IMG/VR virus record: IMGVR_UViG_3300045988_115450
Location: 32,001-96,000 of that record
Length of the DNA: 64,000 nt
Origin: a virus
Direction: 5' to 3' (one strand)
Below the pieces are notes generated by a model. That model was given only the letters and a program-made list of their open reading frames with translations, made no database searches and had not been told where the DNA came from. Position numbers and translations under genes: made by a program. Positions 16,537 to 23,534 of the stretch are shown here, piece after piece (position 1 is the first letter of the stretch; the number at the start of each line of letters is the position of its first letter).

Positions 16537-16883
16537 TATAAAGTGATTCTATATATGGAATGATAGACCTAACCCGTGCGTTAGTACGCTGACGGGCTTG
16601 GTTATCTGAGGTACTGTGTGATCGACGTCGCTCCAACTCCGCATCGCTTTGGCGTTTGATGCCTTACGCTGTAACGGTGGTAGGCAAGTTGTGCGGCTTT
16701 CTTTATATGCTTCGCTTAGTAATCTTAGCCTTCTTGTCGCATCCATGACGCCGAGAGGTTTCTGGTCGAGAGCCATCGAGGTTGGTGCAACCTTTGCGAT
16801 GCTTCCCACACCTTCGGACGATATGTTACTCTCCCATTCTGGCAAGAGCCTCTGTGAATTTCAGAGTTTGCAATCACTTTATA
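16537..16883 (-). ncRNA. IR-bracketed structured RNA gene, copy B (paralog of 10594..10937)
   Basis: A 12-bp perfect inverted repeat, TATAAAGTGATT (16537-16548) / AATCACTTTATA (16872-16883), brackets it. In RNA sense the 5' arm is followed by G and then the hairpin CTCTG-aaattca-CAGAG. The core 16549-16848 shares CTATATATGGA, TTGGCGTTT, AGCCTTCTTG and TTCGGACGATxTGxxACTCTxCC with copy A, at similar offsets. Confidence 0.55.
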
Positions 16884-16944
16884 AATACATTTCTAATACG
16901 GTTAAAAAAATCAGATAAAAGAATTATTTGGACTAAATGCTCAC

Positions 16945-17799
16945 TTAGTTTTCCTGCTGTCCACTCCAAACAACCAGACAATCAGGATTGGGGACACCTC
17001 TGGTTTCCTTACCATCTAGCCATCTAGCCAGTACATAAGAGGTCGTCAAGAACACACGGTGGCGGTAATGCTTGCACCGGCCATCAATAGCAGAATCCTT
17101 AATCCAATCTCTCAAGCGGACAATCTGCCTATCCAAACTAGACTCAGCATAACCAGTCTGAAGAACATTCCAGAAATATTCGAGCCTAACATCGCTCGCC
17201 CCGGCTTCTTTCGCCAGATACATGGCAGCTGTGATCGGAGCCGTGCCAAGCTTTCTCTGTCTCACCTTCAAGAAACTATTAACCCAGGAGAATTCAGCGA
17301 TGTGCTTCGAAATCATGTCCGCTCTCTTAGCTTCATTCTCCAAGTGCCTCGCACTAAATTCATTCAGCACCATGCAGATTGCAACCGAGCGCTTGTAAGA
17401 AGAAATCTTTCCTCTGTTTCCGCCCTCGGCCATACACAAAGCGTCGGCTTCACTTCTCGCCCTACCCCGGTCAATGTACGGACTGCGTTCCATATTGAAC
17501 AGGAAGAACATCTTTACTGTCTTACCGCAGCGCTTCACCGCTTCGAGCCGGTGATGCCCGTCAATAAGAACACCAGCCTTATCAAACATAATAAAGCCGG
17601 TCGGAGTATTTTCATCCCATGTGCCATTCATCATATGGGACTTGTACTTATTCACAGTGCTCTTACTGATCGGACGATTGCCGCCGGACATAGCCAACAA
17701 ACCCGTCGCCATTTCCGGAGACACGTAAGCATACGCCAACTGTCCACCGTTCCGTTCTTCTAGCAACAAGTTGCTCAACAATTCTTCATAAGCTGTCAT
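16945..17799 (-). CDS. ParB/Srx-fold nuclease-like protein (284 aa)
   Basis: VLIDGHHRLEAV (the ParB N-terminal domain DGxHR motif). Track ORF is 16945..17859. Trimmed to MTAYEELL... behind AGGAGG, because the long form would run into the tRNA. Confidence 0.7.
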   Translation of the reverse strand: MTAYEELLSNLLLEERNGGQLAYAYVSPEMATGLLAMSGGNRPISKSTVNKYKSHMMNGTWDENTPTGFIMFDKAGVLIDGHHRLEAVKRCGKTVKMFFLFNMERSPYIDRGRARSEADALCMAEGGNRGKISSYKRSVAICMVLNEFSARHLENEAKRADMISKHIAEFSWVNSFLKVRQRKLGTAPITAAMYLAKEAGASDVRLEYFWNVLQTGYAESSLDRQIVRLRDWIKDSAIDGRCKHYRHRVFLTTSYVLARWLDGKETRGVPNPDCLVVWSGQQEN

Positions 17800-17825
17800 T
17801 TGTATGTACCTCCTAAAAATTTTGC

Positions 17826-17902
17826 TGGTGGTTCCTGCCCGGCTCGAACGGGCGACCATCCAGTTATGAGCTGGACGCGCTAACCAACTGCGCTAAGGAA
17901 CC
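17826..17902 (-). tRNA. trnM-CAU: tRNA-Met or Ile2 (anticodon CAU), 77 nt, CCA encoded
   Basis: Reverse complement folds as GGTTCCT-TA-GCGC-AGTTGGTTA-GCGC-G-TCCAG-CTCATAA-CTGGA-TGGTC-GCCCG-TTCGAGC-CGGGC-AGGAACC-A-CCA. Confidence 0.9.
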
Positions 17903-17978
17903 AGGTACGTTTAAAGCCGCTGAATTTATCAGCGGCTTTAAACTGTTAATGAAAGCAAGTGTCCGTATAAAACGAACG

Positions 17979-18053
17979 TGGCAGCGCCGGACTGAGATCG
18001 AACAGTCTTCCACGGAGTCAAAGTCCGTTGCATTACCGTTATGCTACGGCGCT
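17979..18053 (-). tRNA. trnQ-UUG: tRNA-Gln (UUG), 75 nt, CCA encoded
   Basis: AGCGCCG-TA-GCAT-AACGGTA-ATGC-A-ACGGA-CTTTGAC-TCCGT-GGAA-GACTG-TTCGATC-CAGTC-CGGCGCT-G-CCA. Confidence 0.85.
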
Positions 18054-18164
18054 ATATAAATCAAGCAGAGCAGAGCAGAGTTTAAAGCCATTCCAGGCTA
18101 TGTAAAGAAAGGAGGTGGTTTATCAACAATAACAGGTAGGAGAATCATTTTCTGTTGCTTGATA

Positions 18165-18239
18165 TGGGGTAGGCGACGAGTGCCGATCTCGCGTTTCCGG
18201 TTTGGAAGACCGGTGTTCTAGCCGTTGAACTACGCCTAC
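18165..18239 (-). tRNA. trnG-UCC: tRNA-Gly (UCC), 75 nt, CCA encoded
   Basis: GTAGGCG/CGCCTAC acceptor stem; CCGGT-CTTCCAA-ACCGG anticodon arm; unusual T-loop ATCGGCA. Confidence 0.8.
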
Positions 18240-18269
18240 ATTTTTGCGGTTCCGCAAACCGCATTTTTT

Positions 18270-18899
18270 TTAATTCATATATAAATCATAATAACTTTGT
18301 TTTCTTCTTGGTTTCAAATCTGGATTTTTTAAACGCCTTTTGATGAACTCAACTGTATTATCCAGCCCATAGTTCCTGACGTATGTATTGATCCTGTTTG
18401 CTCCCAAACCTAAAGTTTTAGCCCAGTCCTTCCCAGTATGTATCGTTCCGTCAACATCAATAAGCGAAGTTGTAGACTTGTATTTCGAATTATCTGCCAA
18501 TGTTACCCATCTGCAATTATCAGGAGAATAATCCCCGTCCCAATCAATTCTATCAATAGTCAAACCATCATCGTACCCGTTAGTTAATGACCAACTCTCA
18601 AATAATTCTGGATTGCGCATCCAATCATCACAAACCTTAACACCCTTAGCGCCATACCATCTGTAGCTCTTATTACTCTTATCATAGCACCTAGCTTTCA
18701 TATCGCTAAAAATTCTCCGGAGCTTGTCGTCACTCCATGAAGCATCATAATTTATATAACCCCCGCTTCTTCCGATATGTCTACAAGCTTTCGCCTGCTC
18801 AATATGCCTTTTCTGTTTGTTCGTTTCAAACCCACACTCAGCACATCTCACATGGTATAATCTATGCCCGTCCCTATGCCTGAAATCACACTCATACAA
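18270..18899 (-). CDS. HNH_3-like homing endonuclease with C-terminal HTH (209 aa)
   Basis: N-terminal CAEC...C..H zinc finger. TIDRIDWDGDYSPDNCRWVTLADNSK resembles DHIDG...NLRWVT..EN, but the first His is Arg. C-terminal WAKTLGLGANRINTYVRNYG. Confidence 0.6.
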   Translation of the reverse strand: MYECDFRHRDGHRLYHVRCAECGFETNKQKRHIEQAKACRHIGRSGGYINYDASWSDDKLRRIFSDMKARCYDKSNKSYRWYGAKGVKVCDDWMRNPELFESWSLTNGYDDGLTIDRIDWDGDYSPDNCRWVTLADNSKYKSTTSLIDVDGTIHTGKDWAKTLGLGANRINTYVRNYGLDNTVEFIKRRLKNPDLKPRRKQSYYDLYMN

Positions 18900-19047
18900 G
18901 ACATCGAAAATACCTATCCTAGTACCAACAATATTCTCTTTTTCCAGAATATCACCATCTTTCTGCGTGTTGCTAAATAATAATCCGATGAGAGTGCTGC
19001 CCTCTCGCCTGCGTTGTTCACTGTACTACTGTTATACTAATCGGATG

Positions 19048-19128
19048 TACGGGCGACAAGATTTGAACTTGCAAGCCTTACGGCACCGGGGCCTAAACCC
19101 GGCGTGTATACCGTTCCACCACGCCCGC
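19048..19128 (-). tRNA. trnL-UAG: tRNA-Leu (UAG), type II, ~81 nt, no encoded CCA
   Basis: GCGGGCG acceptor stem; CCGGG-TTTAGGC-CCCGG anticodon arm; long variable arm; T-arm GCAAG-TTCAAAT-CTTGT. Confidence 0.8.
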
Positions 19129-19210
19129 ATGGCACCACTAAGTCATGGTCGGCTGCGCATTTATCCTTTTTTGAATCGTGGTAGATGATTTTGCTTCGTA
19201 CAACCACGCA

Positions 19211-19285
19211 TGGACTGAGTGGAGAATTTTGAAATCTCGACCTCTGGTTCCCAAAACCAGCGTTCTGCCTCTGAACTACACCCAG
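19211..19285 (-). tRNA. trnP-UGG: tRNA-Pro (UGG), 75 nt, CCA encoded
   Basis: CTGGT-TTTGGGA-ACCAG anticodon arm; T-arm GAGAT-TTCAAAA-TTCTC. Confidence 0.8.
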
Positions 19286-19288
19286 ATA

Positions 19289-19363
19289 TGGAGGCCGATG
19301 CGAGTTCGAACTCAGCGTCTGTGGGTTACAAAGCCACTGTTTTACCACTTAAACTAATCGGCC
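19289..19363 (-). tRNA. trnT-UGU: tRNA-Thr (UGU), 75 nt, CCA encoded
   Basis: GGCCGAT/ATCGGCC acceptor stem; anticodon loop TTTGTAA with a C31-C39 mismatch; T-loop TTCGAAC. Confidence 0.75.
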
Positions 19364-19513
19364 ACGCACCCCGTTTTGCGGGGTGGCTATGTAAGGGAAT
19401 CAAAAAGGGGAACTCCTGTCTCTTCCAGGATGCCAACACACTACTACGGACTGCCAGAGGCAAACCGCCACTTTTCAGGTGTCATAGTCCGCAAACTATG
19501 GGCTTTTCTTTAG

Positions 19514-19595
19514 TGCGGGATAAGAGACTTGAACTCTTACGTCTATCGACATCGAGACTTAAACACGAGGTGTCTACCGATTCCACCAATCCCGC
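19514..19595 (-). tRNA. trnL-UAA: tRNA-Leu (UAA), type II, ~82 nt, no encoded CCA
   Basis: GCGGGAT/ATCCCGC acceptor stem; loop TTTAAGT; long variable arm TGTCGATAGACGT; T-arm AAGAG-TTCAAGT-CTCTT. Confidence 0.8.
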
Positions 19596-19602
19596 ATATT
19601 GA

Positions 19603-19940
19603 ACTTGCTACAACCCAGCCTGGTGGTTGACCCGTGGGCGTTGATAACTGACCCAAACCATTAACCCAGGATTTTGTAAAACTTTAACCGTTAACCTTTG
19701 ATTCTTGAACTTTAATCTTCTGAAGATCTTTGAGCCTTGAATTTTGAAATTTTAACTTTGAAGTTTGAGCTTTACAGCAACATTTCTTCTATAAGAAATT
19801 AGATTAACAGTCCAATCTTTTTGTAAGCGCAAAATTTCAAGTTTTGCTTTGTAGTTGGCACATATTTGTTCATTTTTACATCGAACCAAGTGCCGTCAGC
19901 ACGATGGGTTACCGTTTTAGGTTTTCGGGTTGCAGCAAGT
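19603..19940 (-). other. IR-bracketed ~340-bp ORF-free element with short-period repeats
   Basis: ACTTGCTACAACCC (19603-19616) versus GGGTTGCAGCAAGT (19927-19940), matching at 13/14. Interior has AACTTTAA / CTTTGA / GGTTAAYGGTT repeats and several local hairpins. Confidence 0.4.
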
Positions 19941-19948
19941 TGCTTATT

Positions 19949-20602
19949 TTAGTATTCTACGGTGATTGTAGTGGTCGCATTGGACACAGATAGCTGAGAA
20001 TCTACATCCGCAGTAAACGTGTCAATCCAATCGCTCAAAACCTTGATTTCATTACCAATGTCAAGCGGATCAACGAGTTCATACGTATTGTTGGCAATAT
20101 ACTCTTCTCTCAACCGCTTAACGACCTCAGAATCCTTGGTTGTCTTGGCCTCTTTAGGCTGGCACTGGAGGAAATTCATGATATACTGTTCAGCTTTCGC
20201 TTCAATCCACTCGCCTTCATGTTTGGAAACCTCAGCACGGGCTCTTTCGTACTGCCGGACCATTACATCAAGCAAATCTTTCTTAGCCATGATTCCATGG
20301 CTTTTCATTTCGATGGCTTCGGCTACGGTGTAAGGTTCGCCGCCAATTACCACCGGGGTTTTGGCATTGGAGAGCACAACTGCTCTCTTAATAGCCGTCC
20401 GACGAGCAATCAAGTCCGTAACAGACTGATAATCAGACTTCATATCCTTCTTGAGGGTTTCGACCAGCACACCGCCGATCTTTTTGTCGCTCACTTTCTT
20501 ACTGGCAACGAAGGTTTTACCAGAAGTAGCATTGAAAATTCTAGCGTCCAAAATTTTCAGCTCTGCAAGAGCTTTATGGACGGTCATAGTTTCTTTGTTC
20601 AT
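19949..20602 (-). CDS. hypothetical protein (217 aa) embedded in the tRNA island
   Basis: ORF track; plus-strand ORFs 20019..20333 and 20219..20635 are shadows. Confidence 0.65.
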   Translation of the reverse strand: MNKETMTVHKALAELKILDARIFNATSGKTFVASKKVSDKKIGGVLVETLKKDMKSDYQSVTDLIARRTAIKRAVVLSNAKTPVVIGGEPYTVAEAIEMKSHGIMAKKDLLDVMVRQYERARAEVSKHEGEWIEAKAEQYIMNFLQCQPKEAKTTKDSEVVKRLREEYIANNTYELVDPLDIGNEIKVLSDWIDTFTADVDSQLSVSNATTTITVEY

Positions 20603-20653
20603 ATTAGTTCCTCACTTTCTTATTTATGGAATTAGATTTTTATCGTGGTATCG

Positions 20654-20744
20654 TGGTCTCCCTGGGTGAATTCGAATCACCATATACCTTATGAGGGCCT
20701 TCCAATTATAAGTTGGAAGCTATAACCAATTTAGCTACAGGGAG
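20654..20744 (-). tRNA. atypical 91-nt tRNA, anticodon UAU, long variable region, CCA encoded
   Basis: CTCCCTG-TA-GCTA-AATTGGTTA-TAGC-T-TCCAA-CTTATAA-TTGGA-(19-nt variable AGGCCCTCATAAGGTATAT)-GGTGA-TTCGAAT-TCACC-CAGGGAG-A-CCA. Confidence 0.65.
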
Positions 20745-21024
20745 ATATTTGTTCAGCAACCACAACCGCCCTATCAATCAGTCGGCCTAACCAAAAGATA
20801 GGGCTGGATTGTGTTGCCCAACCGTGCCTGAGAGCTTTCTTGCCTAGCCTGTACTTAACCAGGTGTCTGCAATCAATGTTTAGGTTGCTGGTTTTGACCC
20901 TCGCTCTAGAACCAGTTAACTAGAGCGATTGAGAGCTACTAGACGGAATTGCACCGCCTTGAAGTCATAAGTGAGGCGCGAGAGGAGTTACGCCCACCTC
21001 TTCACCTGCTTGGAGTAGCATATG

Positions 21025-21100
21025 TGGCACCAGCACTAAGATTCGAACTTAGAACTACGGTTTTGGAGACCGCCGTTTTTCCACTTAAAACTATGCTGGT
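21025..21100 (-). tRNA. trnW-CCA: tRNA-Trp (CCA), 76 nt, CCA encoded
   Basis: ACCAGCA-TA-GTTT-AAGTGGAA-AAAC-G-GCGGT-CTCCAAA-ACCGT-AGTT-CTAAG-TTCGAAT-CTTAG-TGCTGGT-G-CCA. Confidence 0.9.
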
Positions 21101-21244
21101 AAGTAAAAGCACCGTCAGCACCCGGTGCTTTTGGAGATAGCACAGACAGTACATTTTTTTAACAAAGGAGGACATTTTTTTGAGAAAGGAAGTGAACAAA
21201 ACCATGCCTGGTTTGACCTATCAAAGTGCTGTTTGATGGTCTTG

Positions 21245-21336
21245 TGGCGAGGAGCTGAGGTGTCGATCCCCATACGGTTACTAGCCGTACCAGCTGTTTT
21301 CAAGACAGCGCTGCGAGCCGTCGCAGGTAACTCCCC
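21245..21336 (-). tRNA. trnS-UGA: tRNA-Ser (UGA), type II, 92 nt, CCA encoded
   Basis: GCTGT-CTTGAAA-ACAGC anticodon arm; variable arm TACGG-CTAGTAA-CCGTA; acceptor GGGGAGT/GCTCCTC with two G-U pairs; T-loop ATCGACA. Confidence 0.75.
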
Positions 21337-21532
21337 ATGCACCCCATGCAATTTAATCTTGTGTTTTTTAACCGCTCACCGTGGTTATATTATATAAGAT
21401 TATTTTTCAAACGTCAACCCTTTTCCGCGAAACTCGTCTGACGAGTTTCGCGGTTTAAATTTTTACCCTGGGCAGCTTGCGACTACCCAGGGCAAAGAAA
21501 CAACCGCAGCGGAAAAAGGCAAGGCTGCGGTG

Positions 21533-21694
21533 TCATTCTTCGTCTTCGATATGTAATCTGTAACCACTCTTCCATAGGGCGATCAAAGAAATTGCAAGCG
21601 CCGTGTCAGCCAGGGATGCCAAACCCATAAGTTGCAACGGGATAGCCGCTACCATAAAGGGTAGGGATAGCAAAGCGCACATTTCACGTTTCAT
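21533..21694 (-). CDS. small hydrophobic protein (53 aa)
   Basis: Own translation: MKREMCALLSLPFMVAAIPLQLMGLASLADTALAISLIALWKSGYRLHIEDEE. ATGA overlap with the upstream stop. Below the track cutoff. Confidence 0.45.
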   Translation of the reverse strand: MKREMCALLSLPFMVAAIPLQLMGLASLADTALAISLIALWKSGYRLHIEDEE

Positions 21695-21957
21695 TTGATC
21701 AGCATCTCCCTCAGATAGTTGCGGATACGAACCCTAACCTCCTTCAGTTTCCCAAGGATATGAACCTGGTCTTCCAGCATATTTTTTACCTTCTTCCGAT
21801 CATCAAGAGCGGCCTGGGTGTCACACAGCGTGTTGCGGGACTCGAGTTCTTCGGCGCGTTTCTTTCTAAACTGAATATCGTATTCTAGTTCGTTAAGCTG
21901 TTTGACTAAGGTCTTCTCGTCATTCAGCAAATCCAACAAAGCAAATTCCATTTTCAT
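21691..21957 (-). CDS. coiled-coil hypothetical protein (88 aa)
   Basis: ORF track. Confidence 0.55.
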   Translation of the reverse strand: MKMEFALLDLLNDEKTLVKQLNELEYDIQFRKKRAEELESRNTLCDTQAALDDRKKVKNMLEDQVHILGKLKEVRVRIRNYLREMLIK

Positions 21958-21969
21958 TTTTATTCCTCC

Positions 21970-22302
21970 TTAATCTACGGCATTGACTTCCCCTGTTTTC
22001 ATCATTGAGACAATACCGTTCAGCTCGTTACATACGAACCGGTAGCAGGTTCTTAATACAGCATCTAGTTTCTTCTTGCTTGCCTTGATATTAACCAGCT
22101 TCATGTAATCAGCCCATGGAGAGAAGTCTGGTTCAAAAAGGCAGCATCCAGTTTTCTCTTCGCAAAATTCAAACACCCGCTTTACCTCGAAGCATTTAGA
22201 TGTGTGTTCGATTCCTTTATTGACAGACCACTTCGTGGATTTTACTAAGTCTGCGCATTCGGCTAATGCGCTGTAACTATAGGTTGCTACTTCAAATTCC
22301 AT
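21970..22302 (-). CDS. hypothetical protein (110 aa)
   Basis: Track ORF is 21970..22341. Trimmed to MEFEVATYSY... Confidence 0.55.
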   Translation of the reverse strand: MEFEVATYSYSALAECADLVKSTKWSVNKGIEHTSKCFEVKRVFEFCEEKTGCCLFEPDFSPWADYMKLVNIKASKKKLDAVLRTCYRFVCNELNGIVSMMKTGEVNAVD

Positions 22303-22398
22303 CTTATTATTACCTCGCTTGTGCAACCACTGCAAACACACATACCCAGAAAGGCACCGCTATAGCGGTTACAATATACATGAGGTTTCCTCTCACTT

Positions 22399-23058
22399 TC
22401 ATTCCTCCTCAAAATTCAACACTCGATATTCATCGGGGATATCCTCGACACCCTCGTAGTACTCCGTAAAGCTCGACCCATCATGCAAGACATATCCGGC
22501 GGAAGTGAAGCACCCTTCTTCTTCAGACCGGACGTCTCGACCAAAACTTTCATAGTCGATATACCTGGCCAGCGTGCCGAGCTTGTCCGTGTCGTAACAA
22601 CCACTCTCCTCGATGTAGTAATAACCAAGGTCATAGTCGTTAGTTACATTAGAGAAGACCATGTAGTTATCCAAGTTATCTATGAGGTTAATAAGGTCTT
22701 TCACAGAGTCGCCGTGATTCCCTACCTCAATAGCCGCTTCGAACAATTTAAAGTCATAATCACTCATCTCGTCCAATCTTGCCGCTAGGTAATTCAGCTC
22801 GTCCAGATTTTCGTACTCGCCGAATCCCCGACAAAGCCCAGTTACATAACAGTCATAGTCCGTAATGAACCATTCCTCATATAGGCAACCAAAATCATCC
22901 TTCTGGCCGATCCCAATACGCTTGAACACATCCTTCATTTCTTTGGTCGTTGTGGGAAGGTGAACCCACTCACCAACCAACATACCCTCGTTGTACTTAC
23001 CAAGATTCGTGACGTAGACAGCAAAAGGATAATCTTTGTTGTATTCAAATTTAGCCAT
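22399..23058 (-). CDS. ardA: ArdA-type antirestriction protein (219 aa)
   Basis: VYVTNLGKYNEGMLVGEWVHLP and YIDYESFGRD match the ArdA hallmark blocks (compare Tn916 Orf18: YIANLGKYNEGELVGAW..., YIDYQAYGRD). Highly acidic. Confidence 0.85.
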   Translation of the reverse strand: MAKFEYNKDYPFAVYVTNLGKYNEGMLVGEWVHLPTTTKEMKDVFKRIGIGQKDDFGCLYEEWFITDYDCYVTGLCRGFGEYENLDELNYLAARLDEMSDYDFKLFEAAIEVGNHGDSVKDLINLIDNLDNYMVFSNVTNDYDLGYYYIEESGCYDTDKLGTLARYIDYESFGRDVRSEEEGCFTSAGYVLHDGSSFTEYYEGVEDIPDEYRVLNFEEE

Positions 23059-23070
23059 GGCGAGACCTCC

Positions 23071-23481
23071 TTACCGCACTTCAACCAACCGACCACCAAT
23101 GTAATCAAACCGGGCTAGGACTTCATATTCGTGCTTGTTGTCAAGCACGAAGTAGGACGTGACAACCATTCCAGCAGGAATGTTCCCACGATATGCAATG
23201 TAATCATGACCGCAGTCACAATCTTCCACATACCCTTCGCCATTTCCACCGGCAATCCAATCCTCTTTTACGATATAGATTGCGTTGGGGTCCAGAGCGT
23301 CATTGACGTACTGCTGGTGGGTAATCAGCTTAACCTTGTCGTCGTTAAATCTGGGCTGTTCCTGCTCAATTACCGTAGTAGCATCATCACCAGCACACTT
23401 CACCGTTACGACGATCCCCCACACTGCCATAGCTGCGATGACGATTGCCAGGATAGCGACACACTTTTTCTTGACGTTCAT
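23071..23481 (-). CDS. membrane-anchored or secreted protein (136 aa)
   Basis: N-terminal MNVKKK followed by CVAILAIVIAAMAVWGIVVTV (signal anchor). Confidence 0.6.
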   Translation of the reverse strand: MNVKKKCVAILAIVIAAMAVWGIVVTVKCAGDDATTVIEQEQPRFNDDKVKLITHQQYVNDALDPNAIYIVKEDWIAGGNGEGYVEDCDCGHDYIAYRGNIPAGMVVTSYFVLDNKHEYEVLARFDYIGGRLVEVR

Positions 23482-23534
23482 TTTAAATTCCTCCTACCTG
23501 TTTCTTTCATTGTTACTTCCATAGGTATACCTCC

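Noticed and set aside
16549-16845. A 98-aa minus-strand ORF coinciding with RNA copy B
   Set aside because: The homologous copy A has no ORF in any minus-strand frame, although the nucleotide blocks are conserved. There is no RBS. Conservation fits an RNA, not a protein.
18066-18083. (GCAGA)x3 microsatellite between tRNAs
   Set aside because: There are only three units and no evidence of function or variability from a single sequence.
18246-18262. Hairpin GCGGTT-ccgca-AACCGC as the terminator of the HNH-like gene
   Set aside because: The T-tracts flank it on the plus strand only. In minus sense, the direction of the gene, it is followed by A residues. It may block antisense transcription or act as a processing site, but it is not a canonical terminator for this operon.
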